From contig NC_047033.1 of the NCBI RefSeq assembly GCF_902652985.1, positions 4,402,001-4,466,000 on the forward strand: a stretch of 64,000 bases of DNA, in the 5' to 3' direction. Positions 14,401 through 26,869 of this stretch are shown here, piece by piece; the first letter of the stretch is position 1, and each line of letters begins with the position of its first letter. The position numbers and the translations under genes are program-made. The notes under the pieces were generated by a model. That model worked only from the letters and a program-made list of their open reading frames with translations. It ran no database searches and was not told the DNA's origin. Source of the stretch: Pecten maximus. Taxonomy: Eukaryota.

Positions 14401-16215
14401 CATAATAAGAAAAAATTGAGAAAAATAATAAAATAATAGATTAAAAGAACAAGATGGTTTCATGGTAGCTCTTCCTGTGTTAGGGTGTTCAGCAGACTTA
14501 GTCTAGGACTACCCAATCCTCACCACGTCCGCTGGGAGAAAAAGTATATCATTTAAAATTTGAAAAATATTTCTGTTTTTAATCCAAGGCGATGAAGAGA
14601 GGACACTTGAACCAAGGGGCTCAGACTTTAGACCAATTTACAACAGAGGCATGCGATGCTTTCTTAACAAAGGTAAAATGACATTTGTATCTACATATGT
14701 TAGTACATTTATATTCAATGGAAGTTCCTCTTGAGACACTCTCAATTTTGTGAGACAACTCCTGGATTTTAGTATATTTGATTCATAATCACACACAATT
14801 TTGTAATATCAAACAACTTTTGGTATAAGATAAAATGTGCACTCCATTGTAAAAGAAGCTGGGAAATTAAGAATATGTTTGCTTCCTGTAGGGTTGGGGT
14901 TGGAGTAACCTTATATAAAGCCTGACCCTGACTGTTGGTGTCTCCTTGTCACCCCATCTCATATGACCCTGGCTGTTGGTGTCTCCTCGCCACCCCATCT
15001 CATATGACCCTGGCTGTTGGTGTCTCCTCACCACCCCATCTCATATGACTCTTGACTGTTGGTGTCTCCTTGCCACCCCATCTCATATGACCCTGGCTGT
15101 TGGTGTCTCCTTGCCACCCCATCTCATATGACTCTGACTGTTGGTGTCTCCTTGCCACCCCATCTCATATGACCCTGGCTGTTGGTGTCTCCTCGCCACC
15201 CCATCTCATATGACCCTGGCTGTTGGTGTCTCCTTGCCACCCCATCTCATATGACCCTGGCTGTTGGTGTCTCCTTGCCACCCCATCTCATATGACCCTG
15301 GCTGTTGGTGTCTCCTCGCCACCCCATCTCATATGACTCTTGACTGTTGGTGTCTCTTGCCACCCAATCTCATATGACCCTGGCTGTTGGTGTCTCCTCG
15401 CCACCCCATCTCATATGACTCTTGACTGTTGGTGTCTCCTTGCCACCCCATCTCATATGACCCTGGCTGTTGGTGTCTCCTCGCCACCCCATCTCATATG
15501 ACCCTGGCTGTTGGTGTCTCCTCACCACCCCATCTCATATGACTCTTGACTGTTGGTGTCTCCTTGCCACCCCATCTCATATGACCCTGGCTGTTGGTGT
15601 CTCCTCGCTGACCCATCTCATATGATCCTATCTGTTGGTGTCTCCTCATAACCTGATCTCTTATGACCCTGGCTGTTGGTGTTTCCTTGACACCCAACTC
15701 ATTCGACCCTGTCTGTTGGTGTCTCCTCGTAACCTGATCTCTTATGACCCTGGCTGTTGGTGTTTCCTTGACACCCAACTCATTCGACCCTGGCTGTTGG
15801 TGTCTCCTTGTAACCTGATCTCATATGACACTGGCGGCTGTTGGTGTCTCCTCAACACTATCCTCATATGACCCTGGTTGTTTGTGTGCATAACCTTGAC
15901 ACCCGATTTCATATGACCCTAGCTGTTTTGAGGATGATTAACACCTAAAAACAAAACAAACCTAAAATAAGAAGTTGTCTTGCAAAGATCAAGCCTGTTT
16001 GACTATCAGGTTTGTGACACAAGCTTTAGTTATATCAAATCAATCCAAAATTCCAGTTAGTTCAAGATGAAATAAAAACCCTAAATTGACATCGTTGTAA
16101 CTTTTGTGAATTTTAAGATTGAAAATATAAATCAAGCTGTACATAAAATATAGGTCATATGTGTCAGGGATTAAGCTACCTTTTGTTTCATTTTCAGGTG
16201 AAAAAGATCCGCTGA
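5498..16215 (+). CDS. TPGS1: Tubulin polyglutamylase complex subunit 1 (8 exons, 255 aa)
   Basis: Exons 5498-5567, 8437-8527, 9356-9550, 11101-11216, 11540-11675, 14002-14059, 14589-14672 and 16198-16215 are all GT-AG, phase-consistent and total 768 nt. The protein contains RPEDPIAFLADYF, THHSRPVFETNVRMAY, LLKKLECAEHECI, FTCCVLLDY, ESGYNLGPDGLYYALDKA and FLTKVK. These are colinear with my recollection of vertebrate TPGS1 (RPEEPIAFLAHYF, HHSQRAAFNNNVSVAY, EAGSRLGPDSLALALDRA, FIAKVK). Confidence 0.92.
7262..7415. mobile_element. Short MITE (TCAGGGCTT...AAGCCCTGA termini, hAT-like), copy 1
   Basis: Terminal inverted repeats. The internal block caattttcttcccaaaatgagacaaaaaggccc recurs at ~8880-8940 and ~12200-12262. 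Confidence 0.7.
7455..8096. mobile_element. MITE with ~128-bp terminal inverted repeats, flanked by a 16-bp direct repeat
   Basis: 7455-7582 is the imperfect reverse complement of 7967-8094. GAGGCTGCTGCATGGT occurs at 7440-7455 and 8097-8112. Confidence 0.85.
8761..8939. mobile_element. Short MITE, copy 2 (same family as 7262-7415)
   Basis: Shares atatttaagcca.attcccaaa and ttttcttcccaaaatgagacaaaaaggccc...cagtgag.aaa.ccctga. Confidence 0.65.
12124..12263. mobile_element. Short MITE, degenerate copy 3 (same family as 7262-7415)
   Basis: Shares ttcccaatt.accaattttcttc.ccaaaatgaga.aaaaaggccc. Confidence 0.55.
12879..13099 (+). mobile_element. tRNA-derived SINE with V-domain-like core
   Basis: A-box (TGGCCGAGTGG), B-box (AGTTCGAAACC), core GGTTTTTCTACGGGTACTCCGGCTTTCCTCCACC and an (A)nC tail. 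Target-site duplication GTACTAAG at 12871-12878 and 13100-13107. A second copy lies at 44419. Confidence 0.9.
14921..15963. repeat. 41-bp minisatellite in TPGS1 intron 7
   Basis: About 24 units of ATGACCCTGGCTGTTGGTGTCTCCTTGCCACCCCATCTCAT, ending in a SINE-tail-like sequence. Confidence 0.92.
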
Positions 16216-18189
16216 TTAATGATGTATGCTAGTAGATCAAGTTTGAACAATGTTTGATGAGACAACATTAACAATTTATATAAGAAATAATTGATCTAAT
16301 CAAAAGTAAGAGTCGGTTGTCAAGACCTGATTCTTTATAATCAGATTTTTCAGGAAACATTCGCAATACATTCCTTTGTGTCTCAACATAAGATGGCGTT
16401 TGTATTCCTATATGCAAAATTGAATCTGTGATCTAAGTATTTTTGTATAAAATTGGCAAAGACATATGTCTCAGTAAATTTCTCACAGTTTTTCCAAACT
16501 GGAGTTTGAACAACAGCTACTGAGGTAAAATGGAAATGGGTAATTTTAAGTGCAATTATAGAATTTTTTATTCGATATAGGATGTATAGAAAATAAGGGT
16601 ATCTTTTGAGCAAACAGGTAAGTTCCAAGACCTAAGGCAAATAAATCTTGCTTTTGGAAATGATAACTTGCTTTTCTAAGAAATTGCCCATTTTCTTACT
16701 GAAATGTATTCTCATTCTACAATGCTCATCGAGCCGACCTACAAAACACACAATTTACAATGGAAAAATTTAAAGCGAGTCGTTTTCCTTTAGAAAGTAA
16801 CGATGATGAATCTGGAGCTGATTAAGTCATTAAGGTCATTCTATTTTAACTCGAGTATGAGGAAGTAGCTTGTAATGTGTTGGTATTGCCAATAATTATA
16901 TATGAAATCGTAGTAATGTAAGGGGATGTTAATGTTCATTCCAATTCATTATGGGATGTTTTTGCGTATATTTTGTATCAACTTATCAATAAGTTATAAA
17001 TGGCTTGATAATATGTATGTATGAGTGCCAGATATTTTTTGTAAGAATGTATGAAATCTTTGTGTATGTTTTGTGTTCATGAAGTGTTTGGAGACTATCA
17101 CGATAAAGTTCTAATTTATACAGATGTGTGTGATGATACATGTTTGTAACTTACCAGCTCTAATTTAAAGTTTTGCCAGCTTAAACCACAGGGCAGCTTC
17201 CTATGGCTTGTTGCGATTGATTTCTTACGATTTATATTTACCCACATTCTCAATCGCCCTGCATACTAATTGGTATCCAAGCCGGGATTTCGGAACCTAC
17301 CAAACATTAACCAGAAGTACGGCGTTGGCTCTATACTTCGAGATTGTATATAAGAATAATTTTAAGCAATGATTTGAGATATGGTAAATCTTTCTGACAG
17401 TTTAATTTTCATATAAGGATTTTGGACCTTCTGGACATCGGTATTGGTCAAAATTTTTGAAGTGCAAAATATTACAGGTTTTTTTTTCAGCATTTTCAGC
17501 CCCAAAAAGTACCTGCACAAATTACACAGGTGTACAAATTACCGGTACATGTGTTTTTATGGTATCATGCAGGGATGTAATATTATAAAGATTATATGTT
17601 TAAGATTAAGTGTGTTTACTAGGTAGATACTACTTGTTCAATGTTAAAGCTTGTATTAGTAAAGACAAAATCTATCCACAGAGATCCACAAAGAATGGGG
17701 ACCTCAATATAGGTTCTATACTGAGGTCTTGAACTTGTAATAAGGTCTCTCACCTGATGTTTTAGCATAAAGAAAATGACCTTGACCTTGACCTTGTTTG
17801 AATGTCTAATATGAGTCTATTTCTCATTAATGGATTGAGAAAGAGGAGAAACATTTAAATCTCGGATGGAGATGGTACAAATTCCAAAGTATATTTGTGT
17901 TTTAAATTCTGGATCAAACATAATGTATATATATTATTTAGGAATCTGAGTTTGGGAACTTGTCAAGTCCCTGTGAAATTTGTTTTCATCATTTTGGTTT
18001 GTCTATTAAAGTCAATTAAAATCAATTTTATGAACAACACCAGTGTCCTTGGACAATATAAAGAGAAACATGTATGAGTAAAACTTCCTATAATTTATAT
18101 TAATGATAAGCAACTCTTGTGATATGGTGAAAAAAAACATGATTTAAGAATGCGAGTCTATTGTAGTGCTAAGTTGTATATGTATTTAA

Positions 18190-18361
18190 ACACAGGGACT
18201 TGGCACAAATTGCCATCCACATGGTCTGTACATATGTATACATTATAAAGTTTTCTACAAAGTTTTAACCATTAACTTAAAATATATATAATATCTATAA
18301 TATTACCTATATATTTCTATACAGATTTCGAAGATTAGAATTCATGGCAAGTCCCTGTGTA
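18190..18361. mobile_element. MITE with ACACAGGGACTTG...CAAGTCCCTGTGT termini
   Basis: Terminal inverted repeats. Related termini flank 23066-23513. Confidence 0.65.
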
Positions 18362-18789
18362 TTTTTGGAAATATTTGTTTATATCATAGTTACCATTTTT
18401 TCTTGGAATTTCTTTTGGAGATTTCATTTATGCATATTTCCCATCTCCAGAAAATTTCAATTTTAATAGTTGCGCTCCAAAACAGGAATCTCCCTGAAAT
18501 AGGAAGAGTTGACAGAAAGGTTAGATATATACATTTACTGTTGTTGAATAAAGGAGAATTGAAATTGTTCTAAACAAATGATATTTTGGATCTTTTTCTG
18601 TTTTGCTTCATTAGAATGAGAATAGCAAACAGCTGTTTTATTGCACAGGTTGTCACCTATTGCACACATGTTCTTTACCATTTACCGGCACAGTCATGTA
18701 GTTTTCATCGCATTAAAACAAACTGTCTAATAATGCAAACTGTCTAATAATGCAAACTGTCTAATAAGACCATTACAGATACATGGATA

Positions 18790-20680
18790 CTCCCTGATAG
18801 CCTCCCAGTTATAATAAAGCCACACATTTCACCACACAGTCACAGGTATACCCCCGATATGCCTCCCAGTTATATTAAAGCCACACAGTCACAGGTATAC
18901 CCCAATATGCCTCCCAGTTATATTAAAGCCACACAGTCACAGGTATACCCCCCGATATGCCTCCCAGTTATAATAAAGCCACACATTTCACCACACAGTC
19001 ACAGGTATACCCCCGAAATGCCTCCCAGTTATATTAAAGCCACACAGTCACAGGTATACCCCCGATATGCCTCCCAGTTATATTAAAGCCACACAGTCAC
19101 AGGTATACCCCGATATGCCTCCCAGTTATATTAAAGCCACACAGTCACAGGTATACCCCCCGATATGCCTCCCAGTTATAATAAAGCCACACATTTCACC
19201 ACACAGTCACAGGTATACCCCCGAAATGCCTCCCAGTTATATTAAAGCCACACAGTCACAGGTATACCCCCCGATATGCCTCCCAGTTATAATAAAGCCA
19301 CACATTTCACCACACAGTCACAGGTATACCCCCGAAATGCCTCCCAGTTATATTAAAGCCACACAGTCACAGGTATACCCCGATATGCCTCCCAGTTATA
19401 ATAAAGCCACACAGTCACAGGTATACCCCCGATATGCCTCCCAGTTATATTAAAGCCACACAGTCACAGGTATACCCCCGATATGCCTCCCAGTTATATT
19501 AAAGCCACACAGTCACAGGTATACCCCCGATATGCCTCCCAGTTATATTAAAGCCACACAGTCACAGGTATACCCCGATATGCCTCCCAGTTATATTAAA
19601 GCCACACAGTCACAGGTATACCCCGATATGCCTCCCAGTTATATTAAAGCCACACAGTCACAGGTATACCCCGATATGCCTCCCAGTTATATTAAAGCCA
19701 CACAGTCACAGGTATACCCCCCGATATGCCTCCCAGTTATAATAAAGCCACACATTTCACCACACAGTCACAGGTATACCCCCGAAATGCCTCCCAGTTA
19801 TATTAAAGCCACACAGTCACAGGTATACCCCCGATATGCCTCCCAGTTATATTAAAGCCACACAGTCACAGGTATACCCCCGATATGCCTCCCAGTTATA
19901 ATAAAGCCACACAGTCACAGGTATACCCCCGATATGCCTCCCAGTTATAATAAAGCCACACAGTCACAGGTATACCCCGATATGCCTCCCAGTTATATTA
20001 AAGCCACACAGTCACAGGTATACCCCGATATGCCTCCCAGTTATATTAAAGCCACACAGTCACAGGTATACCCCCGATATGCCTCCCAGTTATAATAAAG
20101 CCACACAGTCACAGTTATACCCCCGATATGCCTCCCAGTTATATTAAAGCCACACAGTCACAGGTATACCCCGATATGCCTCCCAGTTATATTAAAGCCA
20201 CACAGTCACAGGTATACCCCCGATATGCCTCCCAGTTATATTAAAGCCACACAGTCCCAGGTATACCCCCGATATGCCTCCCAGTTATATTAAAGCCACA
20301 CAGTCACAGGTATACCCCCGATATGCCTCCCAGTTATATTAAAGCCACACAGTCACAGGTATACCCCCGATTTGCCTCCCAGGTATATTAAAGCCACACA
20401 GTCACAGGTATACCCCCGATATGCCTCCCAGTTATATTAAAGCCACATATTATACCATCCAGTCGCAGTGTATGTCTACTCCCTGATTCGCCTTCCAATT
20501 ATATATTAATGCCACCCATTTTACCATCCAGTTGCAGTGTACCTCTACTCCCTGATTCGCTTTCCAATTACCGGATATATGAATGCCACCCATTTTACCA
20601 TCCAGTTGCAGTGTACCTCTACTCCCTGATTCACTTTCTAATTACCGGATATATGAATGCCACACATTTTACCATTCAGT
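18790..20680. repeat. 48-50-bp minisatellite with ~61-bp variant units and longer degenerate edge units
   Basis: GATATGCCTCCCAGTTATATTAAAGCCACACAGTCACAGGTATACCCC(C) tandem array. It is the source of the ORFs at 18859-19855. Confidence 0.95.
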
Positions 20681-20709
20681 TGTCGGTAACTGGATTATTC
20701 ATGCATGGC

Positions 20710-21926
20710 TTTTTAGGTCACCAGAGACGAAGTCCGTCATCCTTTTGTAAACAAATTACATTTTCGACTTCTTCTCAATAACCAATAAAGGGCTAGAGAC
20801 CTGATATTTGGTATGTATCATACTGGGTTGAAGGAATATCAAGATTGTTCAAATGAATGACTTTGACCTTCATTCAAGCGCACAGGCATCAAATATGCTT
20901 AAATTTTTAAATGACTTCTCATTCACCAAGAGGCCAAGAGACCTGATATTAGGCATATAGCATGCTGGGTGAAGGGCTATCAAGATTTTTCATATGAATG
21001 ACCTTGACCTTCATGCAACATCACAGGGTTCAAACATGCTCAAATCTTTAAATGGCTTTCCATCATAAATCAAGAGGCCCAGAGACCTGATATTAGGTCT
21101 GCAGAATGCTTGGATGAAGGGCTTTCAAGATAGTTCAGATGAATGACCTTGATTTCCATTCAAGGTCACGGGTCAAATATGCTTAAAATCTTAAATGATT
21201 TCTCCTCATTAACCAAGAGGCCTCGAGACCTGATATTGGGCATATAGCATGCTGGGATAAAGGGCTATCAAGATCGTTCAAATAAATGACCTTGACCTTC
21301 ATGCAGCGTCACATGGGTTAAACATGCTAAAAACTTTAAATTACTTCTTCTCAATAACCAAGAGGCCCAGAGACCTGATATTAGGCCTGTTGCATGCTGA
21401 GGTGAAAGGTTATCAAGATTGTTAAATGAATGACCTTTACCTTCATTCAAGGTCACAAGGGTCAAATGTGTTAATTTTTTTTCAATAATCAAGAGGCCCA
21501 GATACCTGATATTAGGTATGCAGCATGCTGGGATGAAGGGTTTTCAAATCTATTCAAACGAATGACCTTGATTTTTTTTCAAGACCACAGGGGTCAAATA
21601 TGCTTTAATCTTTGAACAACTTCTTCTCATTAACCAAGAGGCCTAGAGATGTGATATTAGGCCTAACGCATGCTTGGGTAAAGGGCTTCAATGTTTGTTC
21701 AGATTAATGAGCATGACCTTGACCTTCATTTACGGCCACAAGGCTCAAATATGCTAAAATCTTTTAAACGTCTTCTGGAGGATCAACACACATAGAAACG
21801 ATATATTTTACCTGTACGTAGCATACTGGAGTGAACACATTGACCTCATATTCATGGTCACAGGAATCAAAACTACCAAAATATATCAAAATCCAGGTAA
21901 ACGTTAAGGCTCATGGGCCTATTGTT
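20710..21926 (+). mobile_element. Helentron-associated non-autonomous element (HINE-like) with about 7 central ~144-bp tandem repeats
   Basis: Starts TTTTAGGTCACC and ends CAGGTAAACG...GGCTCATGGGCCTATTGTT, matching the bivalve HINE termini as I recall them. Central units with CCAAGAGGCC...TGACCTTGACC...GGTCA recur about every 144 bp (20926, 21070, 21213, 21358, 21490, 21634). Confidence 0.8.
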
Positions 21927-23065
21927 ATGTATGTGTAGTTCCTTTTCATTAGACATGGGTGACCTCTCAGATTTATAATCGGCTCACAGAAAATTAGCAC
22001 ATGTTCCCAATCAATATACAAATGAATATGAAATAAATATTAAATAAACGAAGAGAGCATTACAGCGTCCTAAAATATCGCTCACAAAACCGGAAGTTAG
22101 AAAATCTTCGGGGTGTAATCTTTTGTTTATTCACTTTAAATTCTTAAGAGGAAAAGGGAAGCAGAAACTTTTGGAGGAAGGTTAGTATGAATATGTTTAT
22201 TGTGTCAATATATTCAACAGCAAGTCTTATATCAAATCGATCATCATTACTCTTTATTGATGATAATAACGATTAAAGTTCTGACCAGCAGTGCCCTAAT
22301 ACACTTACATGAAATTGTTTGCTTGGTTTATCGCCCCGTATACAGCCAGGGTTATTTGAGACTGGTATCTTATTGTAGTAGTTGGTGACTACATCACTGA
22401 AAAACATACGGGATGCCCTTCGCATGCCATCTATAGCAATTGGGGTAAAGCTGTCTTTCCCAATGTCATTTCCAAGGCAGCACAGACCTGCCCGTTTCTC
22501 TGCTTCCCGAGAAACCCAAACCGAGTATAAGAAACGTCGAACCACTCACCTAAGATATTCACCTGAAGTTAAATGACCGGCACTCTAACTGAGAGAGTTA
22601 TCGCGACCCGATATGACCCAGAAAGTTTCAAGCTCCGTTGCATAAATAACGTTACAGTATACGTTGTATTTTTTCGGCATAGCCGTATAATATTCTTTTG
22701 GCCCCGGATATGACGCGACAGGTGCCGTAACTGGTCAAGATGAAGTATGTGATTGGTCAATGTAGCGGTAAATGCAAAATGCAGACATGCAGTTAAAAAC
22801 GAAACAAAGTTAAGCTTAATATCTTAGTAAGCCTAATAAGTGGATGTATCTTTTCAAATGACACATTAATACAATTATATTCCTGAATCAAATGCAATCT
22901 TATTATTACCAAAACTGATTCAAACTGTATAATTTTGTTATCTGTCATGAAACGCATTGATTCATTAAATTATTTCACCAGCAGTTAACATAATTATAAC
23001 CACCGTCATTAAAACTATGCCGTTTATCTTTTTAAAAGATATTTCTTGTTTAAATATAAGAGGCC

Positions 23066-23151
23066 TCAGGGAGTTGGCACAAATTCCCAACTCACGGTCC
23101 ATATACATGTACATGTATTATAGATACATGGTCCACACACACACACACACA

Positions 23152-23182
<31 letters not shown>

Positions 23183-23513
23183 CCTCACCCCCCCCCCCCC
23201 CCACACACACATACACACCCTCACACACATATGTATANNNNNNNNNNNNNNNNNNNNNNNNNNNNNNNNNNNNNNNNNNNNNNNNNNNNNNNNNNNNNNN
23301 NNNNNNNNNNNNNNNNNNNNNNNNNNNNNNNNNNNNNNNNNNNNNNNNNNNNNNNNNNNNNNNNNNNNNNNNNNNNNNNNNNNNNNNNNNNNNNNATAAT
23401 ACACACACACACATACACACCCTCACACACATATGTATAAGTATCCTGCCATCTATAATACACACACACACATACATGGACCGTGGGTTGGGAATTCGTG
23501 ACAAGTCCGTGTA
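23066..23513. mobile_element. MITE-like element enclosing a (CA)n microsatellite and an assembly gap
   Basis: Left acaaattcccaactcacggtccat is the imperfect inverse of right atggaccgtgggttgggaattcgt. The termini resemble those of 18190-18361. Confidence 0.6.
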
Positions 23514-23867
23514 CGAGGCGTCATAATTGTAGTAATTTTCCATGTATCATATAACACGTACTACATGTATATACACTTGTAACGAGATCGACACGATCAT
23601 ATGTAAATGAAGCACGCGAGAATGAGTTCACGAAAAGGGTGTTTGCACGTGATAGCTATTTGTTTTCCTTCCGCAAAAGAACTAATAGAAATATTAGATT
23701 GATAGTCCCCATACTTGGAGATAACAAATGAGAAACAACTGTATTTCAATCTTCCTGATATAACGCTGAGTCTATAAATTCGTCTCGTGTTTATGAGTAA
23801 TCGTTGAAAACCCAACATGAATATATATATATAATGTAACACGCACACACTAAACGGAAATTAAGTA

Positions 23868-26183
23868 ATGGATTCATATACGAGAAACCTTCGTACCTAC
23901 TGCCAGTCAAATGGACAATCTCAGGGTAAAACACAACATACCAAATGTCTTGACAGCTATTTTCGACAAAACAGTATGTTCCGTTTGCCAGATTTATATG
24001 ACAGCCAAGATAAGGTATCGGAACACAACATAAATGCATTCTTGGAAAATTCTTATCAAGATGAGAACGGCGGTGATGATTTACTAGAGCCTGTACGTAT
24101 CTCCAATACATGTTCTAAGTCTGTTCAAACAGACTTTTCTTCCAATGAAGTTGTATTATCCGAATACTTGGAGGAGTTTGACCCCCTTTTTGTCAATGTG
24201 AAGGAGAACGACGAACAACAAAGTGAATCGAATCATTCTGGTATGTCGACATTGGCCACAGATGACGAAATGGAGAGTTTTGACTTTTCCAAAGAGGGCG
24301 AAGATGTACTTGTCAACCTGAACTATGACTCCCTCTCCGACGAAAGTGATTGTCCACAATATACGGACAGTGATTTACAGGAAGTGTTAATATCATCGGA
24401 AGTACCACTAACCGGAAGTAAAAAAACGACCGTAAACGCTACGCCTTTAAAAGATCTTGATTTTGAAGTTCACAGCTTGTCGGAGAGAGTGACTTCAATA
24501 TTAACGACAAACGAATCCCTTATTATGAACGGCAGACTTATGTATCACAAAGATGATAGCAGCGACGATGACGAAGAGGAATTCGTTAAAGTTCCAAGAA
24601 ATGTCTTAAAATATGTTCACTTTTCAAATTCGCGTGCTCACCAACAATCCCGGGGAGCTACGTCATGTGAGGATTGTGTCCGTAGTCGAAGATGGTCGGG
24701 GAGAGAACAAAACATGAAAAACGAGGGAAGAAAAAAGAAACAGTCTCCTCCATATACACTTGCGACGAGTTTCTCTCCATCGCGAAAACCGATATCGAAT
24801 ATTTTACCAAACGAAGACGGCAGTATTTGGATTACATTTCAAAACAGCAACATCGTCAAACTTTATGATTACCATGGTAACGCGATCGATTCGATTGACG
24901 TTAGGATGGAGATTGATGACATCACGAGCTCCAAAGACGGGACTCTATATATCTCGTGTCCTAGAGCAAGGTGTATCAAAGTACTCACCAGGACAATGCA
25001 GGTAGGCGGATATATTCGAAATGTAAAATCAAATTAGAATTAAAAACTTATACAGAAATTTAATTACTCACAGCATCTTTGATTAACGTTTAAAAGGTTT
25101 AAACTGTTTCAAAAATTGAACATTTGTCAAAAGCTTTTAACAGAACTATTTTGTATCACGAGCTTAAGACAACGCAAAGCAGTGTAAATATAATTGTACA
25201 TATATCAGTTCGTCACTTTGAAATCGAAGTGAAAATATGCATACATCTGTTTGCTACTACGACATGGACGCATCTCTTTTTAGGGATGTGGACTTGGCAT
25301 AGTGGTAATGGATGCGGGTATTTTTGGCGAGGCGATTCGGTGCCGTAGAACGAGGCCCGGTTAGAGTACGATTTTCTAAGATAAAAAACACGATGCCTCA
25401 CACTTGATTTGAAAGTTTTATGTTATTTTTTTAAGGTACACTAAAGCTAATTGTTAAACTTATTAACATATATATCTATATTTACAGTTACACACTCTAT
25501 TGGTGACCCCGACCTTTGTCCGAGGGATAGTGTTTAGCCCTATCGACAACTGCCTGATTGCCTGTTTGGTTCCTGATCTCACCAACCAGATAGGACAGGA
25601 TTGCTGTAGTCATGGCGCATGCGTAATGCGGTATTCTATTCAACGGCATTGCCGGGCATGCCCGAGAAATACATATTCCGGGTGCTACCACTTCACACGT
25701 TACCATATGCACGTTAATGCGGGAAGCAGGTGTTCAAAGTGCATTTGTTCCCAAGATGTGTATTGTATCAAGTGGTCGAAGGTCACACACGAAAACTTAT
25801 TTAAATATCCTTTCCGAGTCGCTGTGAATTCAAACGGCGATGTGGCTGTGTCTGACCATGGCAACCGGACGGTGCTGCTTTTATCCAATAGCGGAACTTT
25901 GCTAGGCTCGTTTAACCAATCGAATGTGAGATTGTTTATAAACCACGCCCTTGCATTTGACGTCAATAACGATCTACTTATCGTGCAATCGGGACAGAGA
26001 AATATCCTCCGAATACGACGGTATGTAGATTGTTCTACTAGCGTGACGAAATCAACCGTGCCAGAAATGGAATCACAGAGCGTGACGGCCGCGGCGATGG
26101 ATTCTAAAGGAATGTTGCTGGTCGTGATGGATCGGACATTGATCAAAGTTCTCAAGAAAATAGACATTCCACCATTACACTAA
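23868..26183 (+). CDS. Paralog A: acidic disordered N-terminus plus NHL-type beta-propeller (2 exons, ~609 aa)
   Basis: Exons 23868-25001 (CAG|GTAGG) and 25488-26183 (TTTACAG|TTA), phase 0. NHL-like blades: GSIWITF...VKLYDYHG, IDDITSSKDGTLYISC, VRGIVFSP, FKYPFRVAVNSNGDVAVSDHGNRTVLLLSNSGTLL, HALAFDVNNDLLIV. Confidence 0.85.
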
Positions 26184-26869
26184 CCTACATTTATCAAATA
26201 TTCTGCCTGTTTTCCTGTGAGTTCGCCGTGGATGATTTTTGTTCATATGTGTAAAATATCACTGGCAAATTTTCATTGGCTGAGCCATTCGAAACTGACG
26301 GTAAAATTTAGGCATTGACATGACATCAAAAGGGCTGCCTCTGTTTGATTTTAAACAAATTCCATTTTCAAACCTGTCAGAAGAAATGTAGGTTTTCAGA
26401 GTGATGCGATAAATAATTATCTTAAATCTTGTTTCATTTTATATTAAAGACTCCAGAAAAATAAAAATAAAATAAAAACAAGACTCGTTTCATCAAATTT
26501 CCAATGAAATAAATCCTCATTTAAGATCCAATATAAACATGTTTTGTTTATTTCACTGCCTGGTATTAAATGGCTTTACTTACAATGTAGTCGTAAAGTG
26601 TCACAAGCTCGGCTATAACCGGAACAAGGACGTTGCGCCCCTTCAATCAACCAGTAGGTTTAATTTATGTAGGTTATTCCCCAAACATCACGTGGATCTG
26701 AGTTCACGTTAAGGGCCATACACAAAGTAGATCCGGACTCATTTGGTTGTGATCGGGATCTGGGATATAGCTAAACATTAACCAGTAGAAGGACAGATGT
26801 ACAATAAAAAGAAGTTCTACTACATTGAAATAACTACTACTCTAAGAAAAAATCAAAAATCAAAACTCA

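Noticed and set aside
18859-19855. MPPSYIKATQSQVYP repeat protein
   Set aside because: Satellite translation with frameshifting C-run length variation.
22273-22576. Overlapping short ORFs on both strands
   Set aside because: No recognisable domain or splice partners.
23017-23543. ORFs spanning the N-gap
   Set aside because: Artefacts of the (CA)n microsatellite and the N run.
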